Shown here piece by piece: positions 38,400-49,209 of a stretch of 64,000 bases of DNA. Every line of letters begins with the position of its first letter. The first letter of the stretch is position 1. The stretch covers positions 2,108,001-2,172,000 of the forward strand of contig CM039000.1 of NCBI GenBank assembly GCA_017499595.2. The letters are read 5' to 3'. The stretch comes from Psilocybe cubensis (Eukaryota). The notes under the pieces were generated by a model. It ran no database searches. It worked only from the letters and a program-made list of their open reading frames with translations, and was not told where the DNA came from. The translations under genes were made by a program, and so were the position numbers.

Positions 38400-39500
38400 G
38401 GTGAGCAGGTGCGTGAAGCGTTTGATGAGGCTGGGGCTGAGCCTGAGCCTGTTGTGGAGGCGTTTGACGAGGCTGGGGCGGAGGTGGAGTGGAAGGGTAC
38501 GGTGCAAGTGGGTACACACTCCTCTTATTCGCCGGTGCTTGTGCTGGTGTATTCCCATTCCCAATCCCCAACACCTGCTGCTCCCTATTCCCTTTACCCA
38601 CCCGCGACCGTGCCTGCAACTCCCGCTTCACCGCATCCACATCCATCGCGCGCAGCACCTGCTCCGAGAGCGTCGGGAGCAGCGCGAGGAGGATGTTGCG
38701 ATGTCTTCGTGTGTTTGGGTGAATTGAGTGCGGAGGCTTGTAGGTTGTAGTAAGTTAAATAAGTGTAGGGGAAGGGAGGGAAAAGAGGAAAAGGGGTGTT
38801 AGTTGTGTTTAGAAAATTAGAGATAAGAATGGGAATAGAATAGGATAAAAAAGAATGGGATACAATAAAAGCAAAGAAAATAAAAGTAAAAGCAAAAGCC
38901 CATCCGACGGTTCTTCTATCCATCCTGCTATCCGTCCTGAACCATCTATCCACCCGTATCAATCAACCCGTACATGCATGCATCGGCCAAAACGATCTAT
39001 GCGAAGATGAAGACGAAGGCGAAGGATACACCCTCGAACAAACAACAACATGAACAAGAACCAGAACCGTGCTCGTTCAAAGTACCTCTGCAAGATGGAT
39101 GGAATAGAGAACCTCCGAAACTGGAATCTGTCCATTCCACCGAAATCTATCCAAATAAACCCACAAAAAAAACAATCCAAAAAACATACTCTCTAAAAAC
39201 CACACTCCAAAAACAAAAAACCCCAAAAACCAGAAAAGAAAGAAAGAAAGAAATAAAAAAATAAAATAAAAAAACACTCACACATCCCTCGCCTGTTCCT
39301 CGGCGTCCATCTTCTGCCTCACCTCATCAAGCCGCACGCGCATGAACCCGCGCGCGTCCTATAGGCCGCCGATGATGGTGGTCGTTTTGAGTGCATTATT
39401 CAACTTTGCCAGATGTTGCTGACGTTGCGAGCTAACATTCTCCACCTCCATTTCATCCTCTTCGATAATACCGCCGGCCACACGACCATGAGCGTCCTCG
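38400..39500 (-). pseudogene. Captured fragment of an unidentified host gene with introns, a stop and a frameshift
   Basis: GGL*DARGFMRVRLDEVRQKMDAEEQARD|T-rich intron(s)|LRTQFTQTHEDI/RNILLALLPTLSEQVLRAMDVDAVKRELQARSRV. Confidence 0.45.
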
Positions 39501-39549
39501 CCTTCCGGGTGATCAATAGTCCTCTTTCTCTCTGTCTGTCGAGATGACC

Positions 39550-40292
39550 CCATCCCTATCAAGCGCGTCAGTGGACAACGCAGTCGACGCTAGATTCGTC
39601 ATGGACGGCGCGGCAGACCACCCATTCACATCCCCTCCAATACTCCCACTAACACTCCAACTAAGCGTCATCGCACCAAACGAGCCAAACGGATCCGGGC
39701 CCTACTTGGCAGGAGCCATCACAAGCGGTGTATTCCCCCCTTTCTTCCCGATCCCAATGCCCATACTCATCCCCATCCCCTTGCCACCCCCAGGCGACGC
39801 CAGCCGCGAAAGCGTGTTCAAAAACGTCGACTTTCGTTTCTTCTCCTTCCCCTTCTTCTGCTGCGCGAGGGGCAGACCGGCGGGGTCGATGGGCAGCGAT
39901 GGGATTTTGAGGCCCGGGTGCGTACTGCGCAGTTTCACGTCGAGTTCGATGAGCTCCGCGGCGGTGCGTATGAGCGTGAGGTTGTGTGTGGGTGCTGGTG
40001 TGTGCAGTGTCGTGTTTGTTATCACAGGTGATGGTGGTCGGTGCATGGGAGTAGGTGCGCGGCGGCCGTGGTGGTGGTGGTAGAGATAGAAAGATCGGCG
40101 CGGGTGGTGGTGGTGGTGGTGGTGGTGGTGGTGGTGGTGGTGGTGGTGGTGGTGAGAGTCGACGAGCGGGGGTTGGATTCGACGATGTCGGCAGCGTGGA
40201 TAGCGACGCGGACGATGCAGCGGATGAAGACGACGACGATGACGTCGGTGTGGGCGGGACGAAGTGAATGGTTAAAGTAGACGCAGACATCA
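39550..40292 (-). pseudogene. Captured N-terminal fragment of a host gene, possibly the PX-like N-terminus of the same AGC kinase
   Basis: HRPPSP...LTLIRTAAELIELDVKL...IPSLPIDP...KKRKSTFLNTLSRLASP, with broken frames. Family identity is from memory only. Confidence 0.4.
40103..40153. repeat. (GGT)17 microsatellite
   Basis: Seen directly. Confidence 0.95.
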
Positions 40293-40759
40293 TACAGTGG
40301 GGAAAACCAAAAGCGCCACGATGAGATGATGAGATGATGGGAGTGTACAGGTTCGTGTCTAGTGCTTTCATTTCGTCTTGATTTCGTGTTTGGGTTTGGG
40401 TTTATAAGTCGGAATTCGAGTTTGTCTGGTGGGTGTTGTGTAAGATATGCTATGCTATGGTGTGATATGTGGTGTGTAACAGTGTAAGATGTTCAGAGCG
40501 TACTGCAAGTCGGTGTGAGGTAAGATGAGCTGAGGCGCTAGTGTCAGCGTCGGTGTAGGCGTAGGGTGTAACCGTAGAACACAAACTGGGTTGGCAAACC
40601 AAAAGCCAATGTGAAGGTCGATAGTCGATAAACGGTGTTGGTGTAGGTGTAAGTGGGCAGTGGGTATACCACGCCATTCTCCCCGCTTCAGATCGAAAGG
40701 CAAAGTCAAACAAAGAGTCAACAGTCGAATCGAAAACCCGCAAAAAGGGGTTGGTGGTG

Positions 40760-41775
40760 GTGGTAGCACCCCACTGCACAACTTTGCCTGGTCTTCCTCG
40801 TCGTCTTCGTCGTCTTTTTCTTCTTCGAAATGAGGCCGTCGGAGAGGATGTGGACGTCGATGTCTACGCCCGTTTCCATGCCCATGTCCCTCATTGTCGA
40901 CTTCATCGTCTTCATGGAAATCGTCCTCATCATCCTCTGTATCGTCCGATTCGCTGGGACTTACTAACCCAGGCTCGTCCCCGTCCTGCGCCACTGTAAC
41001 ATGTTGGTTGAATTTTTTCTTCCTCGCTTGCTCTAATTCAAATTGTACATCCTCCTGGTCCGTTTCTCCCTGGTTTTCATCGCGTACCGTATGATGTGGG
41101 TTGAAGCTTTTGGCATTCATCTTTTTCTTCCTATCCCTAAGAGCGGCTATTTGGGCGTCTGCTCGCCATCTGTTGGGGTCCACGGCGATGTTTGTGTCCA
41201 GATTCTGACGCATTGCCTCCATACGTAGAGCCTCGATCTGACGCTCATTGAAAGCGGCGCGTTCCCTCCACGCTCAAGGTTCAGGCTGGCAGGGTCGAGC
41301 GGCGCAAAATGGCGGACGAGCCTGGGTTGATGTTGCAGTTGTGGTTGCGGTGGAGGCGCGTGAACGGGGGGCAGATCGGGGAGCTCTTCCTCTTCGAATA
41401 CGCCCAGGCGAGCATTCTGCGACATCCATTCACGGAGGAGGAAGACGGCAACGAAGATGAGTACAATGAGCGATGCGATGATCAGGCCGGTGAATATGTC
41501 TGCCGAGGGCGCTAACCATGCCGGATGTGAAGAAACCTTGGAGAAAAAATGCTGTTGGATGGCGGCCCAGGGGCTTCGTAGCGAATTCTATCGATAGAGG
41601 AAGCTATCAGAAGTGGATATTAGATTGAGATCCCGGATGAGTACGTACGCGGATTCTCCCATGGAAAAGACGTCCACACTGTTATGCATGGCAATATTCC
41701 TAGCCAGATTGTAGCAACAGCTATAATACGAACAACAGGGAGAAAAATAATTGTTGTAAAAGCCGCCGAATTACC
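40760..41775 (-). pseudogene. DOA10: Captured internal fragment of the ERAD E3 ligase Doa10/SSM4 (MARCH6-like)
   Basis: IRRLLQQLFFSLLFVL*/VATIWLGILPCITVWT/FSMGES...SADIFTGLIIASLIVLIFVAVFLLREWMSQNARLGVFEEEE. No RING-CH domain, several frameshifts. Confidence 0.75.
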
Positions 41776-41855
41776 CGTCTAACGTCACTGTCCGCAGTCC
41801 CTAAGCCTAAGTCGTAAGTAAGAGGGAAAGGATACAAAAAATACCCTCGAAAAAT

Positions 41856-42058
41856 CTCGCATGCCCGAGGCATGGTGTTCATGGTATCATCTGGAATACA
41901 ACTTCCAGATCGCAGTTTGATGTAAGCCAATTGGACAGGAATGCTGCTTAAGCCGTCCGTTCGAGTAGTATTTGGCCAGATCACTGAGGAGACCATACGC
42001 CAACCTCACTAGAGAATCAGAGCGTTCCTCGTCGAAGGCAGCGGTGAACAAGCTCCAA
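41856..42058 (-). pseudogene. KAP95: Captured C-terminal fragment of importin beta-1 (Kap95)
   Basis: Across frameshifts it reads LELVHRCL/DEERSDSLVRLAYGLLSDLAKYYSNGRLKQ/AFLSNWLTS/LRSGSCIPDDTMNTMPRACE, matching the last HEAT repeats (GLLGDLA...TMRWARE). Confidence 0.7.
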
Positions 42059-42260
42059 CTTAAGTAGTCGAGCACGCCAAAGATGTCGCTGAGCGTCCTA
42101 GTGAACTGCGTCGTGATGGGCACGACTTTTGCCTGGCGAGGTGACGCACATGGACGACAATGCTCTCGTCTTTTCTGTGCCGCTCCGCCGCGAAACGGAG
42201 GTGAAACAGTTGTAGAAGTAGCCTAAGTGAAGTGGCAGCCAACCAGAGATGTCAGTAGGA

Positions 42261-43536
42261 ATCGTTAGTGTTCGGGATAGGAGATGGGCTATACTATGTA
42301 AGTTACTACAGAAAATTAGGTAGACAGAACGAAACATACCTGTGTAGAACAAGAGGAAGGAAATGGTGAAACGAACGACTTGAGTGAGAATCGTGTGCGT
42401 CTAATCGCATGGTTAGCAAACGGCGGGTACACTGGAGTTGCGACTTACCAGACATGCTTCGAAACTTTTGCGATGTCTTGTTCGCTGACCTGTATCTGCG
42501 CTGAATGACTGACCCAATATACAACACTGTGCAGAAAATTGTGTTACTTACGGCGAGCGTAGAGATCTCATACGTGCTTAACATCTGTGTTGGCACTTCG
42601 ATTACACCTCACGCACAATATCATTCGGTCCCCATTTCGCTCCCTGTAGTAGTATTTGTATTATTTACATGGTACACTACGCTAGACTGCCTACATGGAT
42701 AGCAGCGCTACTCGGTCTATATGTGCTACTTCACCCGCTAGATGAGCATGGTTGGAACAGAAGAAGAAGAAAGCGTGAGAATATGGCCAGCACGCCAACA
42801 AGTACCGCAGAAGTTCGATGCCGCTCATGCCGTCGCCAAATTGGTGATGCGCGTGATTGGTGGCACGGCATCAGCGGCATCAAACTTCTGTCCTGTATCA
42901 TGGCGATTTTGTGACGGTGTGACGCCTTTCCACCTCTCTCTCAACACTCACTCCTATGAAGCACGTCGTACGTAGAGATGGTTCGCATACGAGCTTACTG
43001 TAGTAGTAGCACTTTAGTGTAGACTCTAATACCATAAACTTAGCTAGCTGCGTACTCTAGTAATACAATTTTAGTTCAAGTGACATAGACCCGGCTTGGA
43101 AGGGCAGAGGAAATAGTCGGGTGAGCGACACAGAACGAGGAGGAACTACAATTCATTTGGATAGTGAATTACGCAGAAACATAGGTGCGAATCGTATTTT
43201 TATTACTATCAGGCAGGAAACACAAGCCAAGAACACCTTCTACAGCACACCCGCCGCCTCTTCGCCTGCCAGACCCGTATTCGAGCGTCACAAACATAGG
43301 TGAGGAATCATCTTTGCTATCAGTGCAGGAAACATATTCTACAGCACATGTGCCGCCTCATTGCTTTACAGACCTCACTTATTCAACGACGCACCCACCT
43401 ACATTCAAGAATTGAACGTTGAATGCTGCCATAACTTTATGTTTTGTACGACGCTGCCTACTGTAAGCACCCGATCTGCGAGGTACCCTCTTTGCAGGTT
43501 GCCGTTTTAATTTGGATTTCACGATATCGGGACTTG
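42261..43536 (-). repeat. Module R copy 1, left arm of the 1276-bp near-identical inverted repeat
   Basis: Reverse complement of 59814-61089 (coordinates sum to 103350, mirrored ORFs are identical). I spotted only two mismatches, at ~42267 and ~43474. Weaker similarity continues to ~43586. Confidence 0.97.
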
Positions 43537-44169
43537 TGTAGGATGTGCACATGGCTTCCGTCGACTCTCCTGCTAATGCAACTATATGCAAGTCTATTCT
43601 CATCTGACACGAGTAACGTAAATATCTCATTTACCCCCCCCCCCCCCCCCGTTGCTCTATTGAACCCCACAATTGGGATGACAGCCAGCGCTTTCACATG
43701 TTATTTACAACATCCTGATTTAATCAGGGGCTGCTAGAATTTTCGCTCATTCCGCACCTCGACTCGAGCCATATTTTTGAGAAGTAAGTTCAACCTTACA
43801 CGCGTGTAGGCAACGCTCGTGTCCTTTCTGCCTCCGTACTAGTCTCTTGTTTGGTAAAGACCAATTTTTCCATTGCTCCTCTTGCGTGTTATCATTCTGT
43901 CCTCGTTTCATAGGGACTACATCTAGTATGTAGACTACATGTTCGACGCCGCTCATGCCGTCGCTTGATTGGTGATTGCGCCAGCATCACATGTCGCCCA
44001 ATTATCTTATCTTATCGCTGTCAGAATAGACAAAACAGCAAGAGATCCCTTAAGACTGCCGGCGCAGCGCGATGGCAGGCGCAGAGCGAGACCTGTACTC
44101 GGATAATCCAAGGTGGCTTTACAATACGGATTGGTTTAACGGGCAGCCTATGATCAGATCAGAGTGGTG

Positions 44170-45570
44170 AAAGTGTCAAAATGAGTGAAGGCGTTAACAG
44201 CCGTGATTCATACGAGTTCTGAGAACACACCCCCGAGATTGTGTGGTTCAGCAAAGAAACAAAAAGATGATTGAGATATCTGGATATGAAGAGCTGTTTG
44301 AATTGCACCAATGCTAACGGAAGGCCACAACATATGTGCTTGTGGGACTCGATGAGAGCCATGAGCAATTCACATAAGATAAACACAGTCCGGCTCGATA
44401 TGGTGCAATCCAATTAAAACAGCACCTGCAAAGGGGGTACCTCCTAGACAGAATGCTTATCGTAAGAAGCATCGCAGAAAAAAATATGGCAGCGTTCTGT
44501 GAGTGTGGCGTCGTTTATTAAGTGACGTCTGTCAGGCGACGAGGCGGCGCATATAGAATATGTTTTCCATACTAGTGATAGCAAGATGATTCTCACCTAT
44601 GTTTCTGTGTAATTATGTGACCTCGAATGAAGGACTGGTGGGAGAAGAGGCGGCGCGTATGCTAGAACATGTTTTTGGTTTATCTTCTCTGTACTGATAG
44701 CAAAAGATGATTCTCACCTATGCTTTTGCATAATTCACCAGCACATGAATTGTCATGTTCACCGGTCTTTGAATTAAAGTTATTATGGTGTTAAAATCTA
44801 CGTTAAAGTATCCCTACCGCTAAGCTAAATATTTGAATCGAATTTACATTCGACCCGCCGCATTGGAGAGTGGGGGTTGTCAGAGAGGAAGAAAGGCGTC
44901 ACACCGTCACAAAATCGCCCTGATACAGCACAGAAGTTCGATGCCGCTCAAGCCGTCGCAACATTGGTGATGTGCGTGATTGGTGGCACGGCATGAGCGG
45001 CATCGAACTTCTGCGGTACATGTTGGAGAGCTGGACATATTCCCACGGTTTTCCCTTCTTTCCTGCGCACCATCCTGGCCACGACGTTCGGCGGGGCTGG
45101 TGAACCTGAACCTGTCAAAGCAGCACGTTGAGATTGAGTAGCGTAGCAATTTATGTACATGGACTAGCGTAGTGTGCAATGTATATAGTACTAGATCAGA
45201 GGAAATATTCTGCTACGAGATGAGGACGGTGACGCGTCAGAGGCATGGGGATCATATAGACTCTACCACCCGGTGCGATGTCTAGCGTACGCCCTGGTTT
45301 TGTAGGAGGTATGATGCTGCACATTTGGTCAGTTATCCACACAGATCCACCTTTAGTGAACAGAACATCTCTTGGTTGGTGAGTCGCAACTCCAGTCTAC
45401 CCTTCAATAGCAAAGCACACTGACTGCTTGCGGACCGTCCCGACCGTCCCAAGGAAAATTACAGACTGCTTGCTGAGCGTCCCTGGAAAAACTACACTCA
45501 CTTATTTCTTACCGAAGGTGCTCGTTGCACCGTCTGCTTCGTCTTGCTTCACTTAGGTATATTCGGTACA
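44170..45570 (+). repeat. Module R copy 2, diverged; inverted relative to copy 1 and direct relative to copy 3
   Basis: Collinear blocks shared with copy 3: acctgcaaag.gggtacctc, gatagcaa.gatgatt.ctcacctatg (twice), aaaggcgtcacaccgtcacaaaatcgcc, the 83-nt hairpin and gt.agtcgcaactccagt. Confidence 0.85.
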
Positions 45571-45767
45571 CTCTACATGCAATTTCTTACAACTATAAAC
45601 TTAGATTGAGTGCGTCGCAGCAAAGGAGGCCACAGGGCAGCTCTTAGCACCCACAAGACAGCTCACCTCCTTCCTTATGTTTTTACTCCAAGGTAAGCGT
45701 TCATCTCATAGCCGTTTATTAGCTGAAATTTATTGTTTCCGTAACAGTACTGCCTAATCCCTACTGT

Positions 45768-46647
45768 CTATTCTGCATCATTGACTCCTGCGATGTTGGC
45801 AAGGGCAGCTCGAACCCGAGCGCTTTCCCTCCTCCCCTCGACACGACGATGTGCCTCCGCCCTATATTTCAGCTTCAACTTCAACACGCTATGAACTGGC
45901 CAACATTTATCGTAATCCCTGAGAACCGGCCAACGCCTAGTTGCCTACCACGTGTGTCAGCCTTGCTTTTGAGTAGTAAAACAAACTGGTAATTACCTCT
46001 TGACATATTGCTTCAATTTTTTCCTTTTTCTGAGATCTGTAGCTTTTACTCATATCCAGCGACCTCCTTGCTTCTCGGGTGATGTATCCCTACGGACAAA
46101 ATCAAGGCATCAGTCAAGTATGGTGAGCCACTATTGATTTACATACCACCATATCTCCTATATCTTCCTCAGACCAGTGGAAGTCGTCCCTCAGGACTGT
46201 CTGGATATTAAACCCACCACTTCCCCGACGGCCAGGTTCTCCCTTTGGCTTCTTATACATTTCGCCTCCTGGGACCGGCGAAGTCACGCGAGGATGAGAA
46301 GGCCCCGCCACTTGGAGGATCATAGCGGGATCAATGGGTTGCCCAGGATCGACCTGCACATGAGTTGCTGGTGTTGCAATTGAAGGCCCGATTGGAGGGA
46401 CAGGTACGGTGTCCTGGCCTGAAGGTCCCTCTGCCTGTATGAGCTCTTCAGGCCCTGGAGCTGCGACGGATGATGGCTGTGGCGCGGCTCCACGCGGAAT
46501 GGCGTGTCGCTGTAGCAGCTCTGGAGTCCATTGGATACGAGGGGTAATCTTAGGTAGAGGTTCTTGACTGGGTAAGAGGAATTCGATCCGGGGAGTGATG
46601 AGGGGGAGATGACGAATGTATTCGTGTGAAGGATGCGAGGATGACAT
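45768..46647 (-). CDS. Uncharacterised protein, 3 exons, with a KPKGEPGR.GSGGFN / CWPV motif family
   Basis: MSSSHPSHEY...KKPKGEPGRRGSGGFNIQ...W...|GYITREARRSLDMSKSYRSQ...AICQE|ATRRWPVLRDYDKCWPVHSVLKLKLKY...* splices in frame. I recall this motif from repetitive agaric hypothetical proteins. Confidence 0.75.
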
Positions 46648-47231
46648 GGTATATGTCGAGGAAAGATTGTGCGTTTTTCTTTTCATTCACTATTTGTAGT
46701 TTCGTATTCGTCGCTCAATCATCCCCTTTGTTTATTCTATGTAACGTCTCGCTCTTCCGCAGACACTCATCCTCAGTGTGCACGTCAAATCTCAGTGCAC
46801 GTCAAATACGCACCAATTGTTTCGCAAAGTCGCTCTGCTAGTGTCAAAGATTGTTTGATCGATATCTTCTCACCGTAGGGGTAACCATTGATCGCTACCT
46901 ATCATTCTTTCATCAATATCTATTTCAGGGAGGGCTCAAGAAAGCATCATTTGTCTCTACAATGAGTGAAAACCCCAATGACAATATTATCAGACATTGA
47001 GCCTTAGTTATACAAAATGAGCCTTAGTTCCAATATGAATACGGTTTGGCAAAAACGTGACAAAAAGGCGACACGACTCAAAGGGAGATGTTATCTTTGA
47101 CGAGTTATCTGTGACTCGTCAATGGCCAGTGCCAAGGGTGTCACAATGACTTCCGGCGGCGCTGGCGGTAAAGTACTTAAAGAGCAGGAGTTATCACCAG
47201 TCGTAAACGATTCAAACCATCAGCACCCGCC

Positions 47232-49061
47232 ATGGCAAGTGTAAGCTTTGCATCCTGTAGTTGTCGCCCGCTGACATGTTCGATAGGAGAATTTCGCAAT
47301 ATTCAGAACATATAAGTTGCCATCCATTCTGCCTATCAACACTTTATTGTTCTCAGAGGACGCTAGACTCTTAATATCTGGCGGTGAGTCTTTTCCTATC
47401 GTCAGTGTTAGGTAATCTTTAATAAGAACAATATCATACTTAGGAGATGACGAGACGGTATATGTCTTGGACACAAAAACGGGGGAATGCATTCAAACTC
47501 TTGAGGATGACAACTGGGGACAAATCACCACAGTTGTCTGGGGACAACAGGAGTTACCCAACAGAGAAAACGGCGTTGTGTTATGCATTGGCACGGGGAG
47601 AGGGTGTTTGGCGTTGGTTGCGCTAGACTATGATGCCACCGAAGTACTTCTCTTTCTCGTTTCAACTTCCTGTGTCCTTACATTCTGTATATCATTCCTT
47701 AGCCATTCCCAGTAGGCGCGAACACATCTCCTGTATTTGCGTTCAATGACTCTGTCGAGAAAATGGCTTTCGACAAGCTCAACAATCGATTAGCCGTCAC
47801 AAGTCACTCCGGTGAGATCAAGGTTTTTGCAGTAAACAACAGTAAGTACTCTTGTCAATCGCCCTAGCACTCAAACCACACGAATATGGTACTCCTAGCT
47901 TCCTTGAGGTTATTGTGGGCCGATAATATTGGCAAAGTGATCACCAGCGGCCTATTCTTTTTTGGGGGGTCGAATCAAAGCCTCTTGACCATCGGGTTGG
48001 AGACATCGGAAATGTGCGTTGATGTTTCTGTTTCCTTGCAATATATTCACGAATTTCTACCACAGGAAGTGCCTCGATGCTTCAAAGAGAGGTCCGCCAT
48101 TATGGACGAAACATTTGATTGGTGGGATGTACGTGCTACTTTATGGAAACCCTCCATTATTTTGATAAATTTTTGAATATTTGACAGTGGAAGCGCGTCT
48201 CTGTCCAGCGATGAAACGTTGCTTCTTGTAGACAACCTTGCTACCGGTAACTTCGACGTCTATCAGATCGCCGACAACTCCCCTCTTCGTTCCCTGCCAA
48301 TAGGCTCGACCCGTCGATTTTCCAAGCAATGCGCCTTCTTTGAAGGTTCGAAAATAGCAGTTTGCGGCAGTGACACCAATAAAGTTTTCATTGTGGATGT
48401 CGCAAACAACTATGTTGTTCAGACACTGACAACATGTCGAGGTTCGACTTTTCGCTTACCCCCGCATTTCAGTTTATTAATTTGTGGACTTAGGTACTTA
48501 CATGACACAAACGGTCTGTGTTACTCCATCGTCATCGCGCAACGTCTTTGTCGCCGCCGCATGTCGTGGCTATGTATATATCTGGGAAAAATCAACTCCT
48601 CAAGTCCAGGTAAATGTTCGCGCAGATGACCCTCCCCCTTCGAGGTACCGTCGCGTTGGATCCGCTATTTTGCCTTACCTGGGATTTGCTGTCGCTGGTA
48701 CTGTCGGCCATTGGTTACCACACGCCTGGAAGGTGAGCAGCTTACAATCCTTTTGGCATTTGACAAACTAATGATATTCAAGTTGGGCCAAGACATAATC
48801 ATGAAGACTGCTGATTATCTCATCCAGAATGGCGCAGATAGGACGATGGAACTTCCAAGAGAAGCTGTTGACAAAATCTTCGAGATGGCGGCAGCGGCCT
48901 CGAGGGCTTTGGATATGTCGTCGGCACTGGTGTCGTCGAGGACTCTCGACATGGCTGCTATTGCTACAACAACATACACGGCTGCTACTGCGACTGCTAC
49001 GATGACATCCCCTTCTGCTACCTCTCTTTTTGACATGGCAGCAGCAGCGGCTGGCCATTAG
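47232..49061 (+). CDS. WD40-repeat protein with a C-terminal hydrophobic segment, multi-exon
   Basis: INTLLFSEDARLLISGGDDETVYVLDTKTGECIQTL, DSVEKMAFD...LAVTSHSGEIKVF, IAVCGSDTNKVFIVDV, GYVYIWEK, all joined by GT-AG introns. Confidence 0.8.
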
Positions 49062-49209
49062 AATCTGCATCTGCGTATCCTTCTAATTTGAAACGTGCCC
49101 TAGATTTCTTTTGTACATTTATGATATCGGATAATGACATTTTGCTGAGTAACCTGACTACATGCATCGAAGCTATGATCTACACAGTTTTCCATTATGT
49201 TCTCAGTGG

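Noticed and set aside
42306-43415. Short ORFs duplicated identically at 59935-61044
   Set aside because: The identity follows from the DNA inverted repeat. The ORFs overlap on both strands, have no recognisable domains and are not kept intact in the diverged copy 2.
43634-43650. C17 homopolymer as a possible G-quadruplex
   Set aside because: It is absent at the matching position of R copy 2 and is most simply a slippage expansion.
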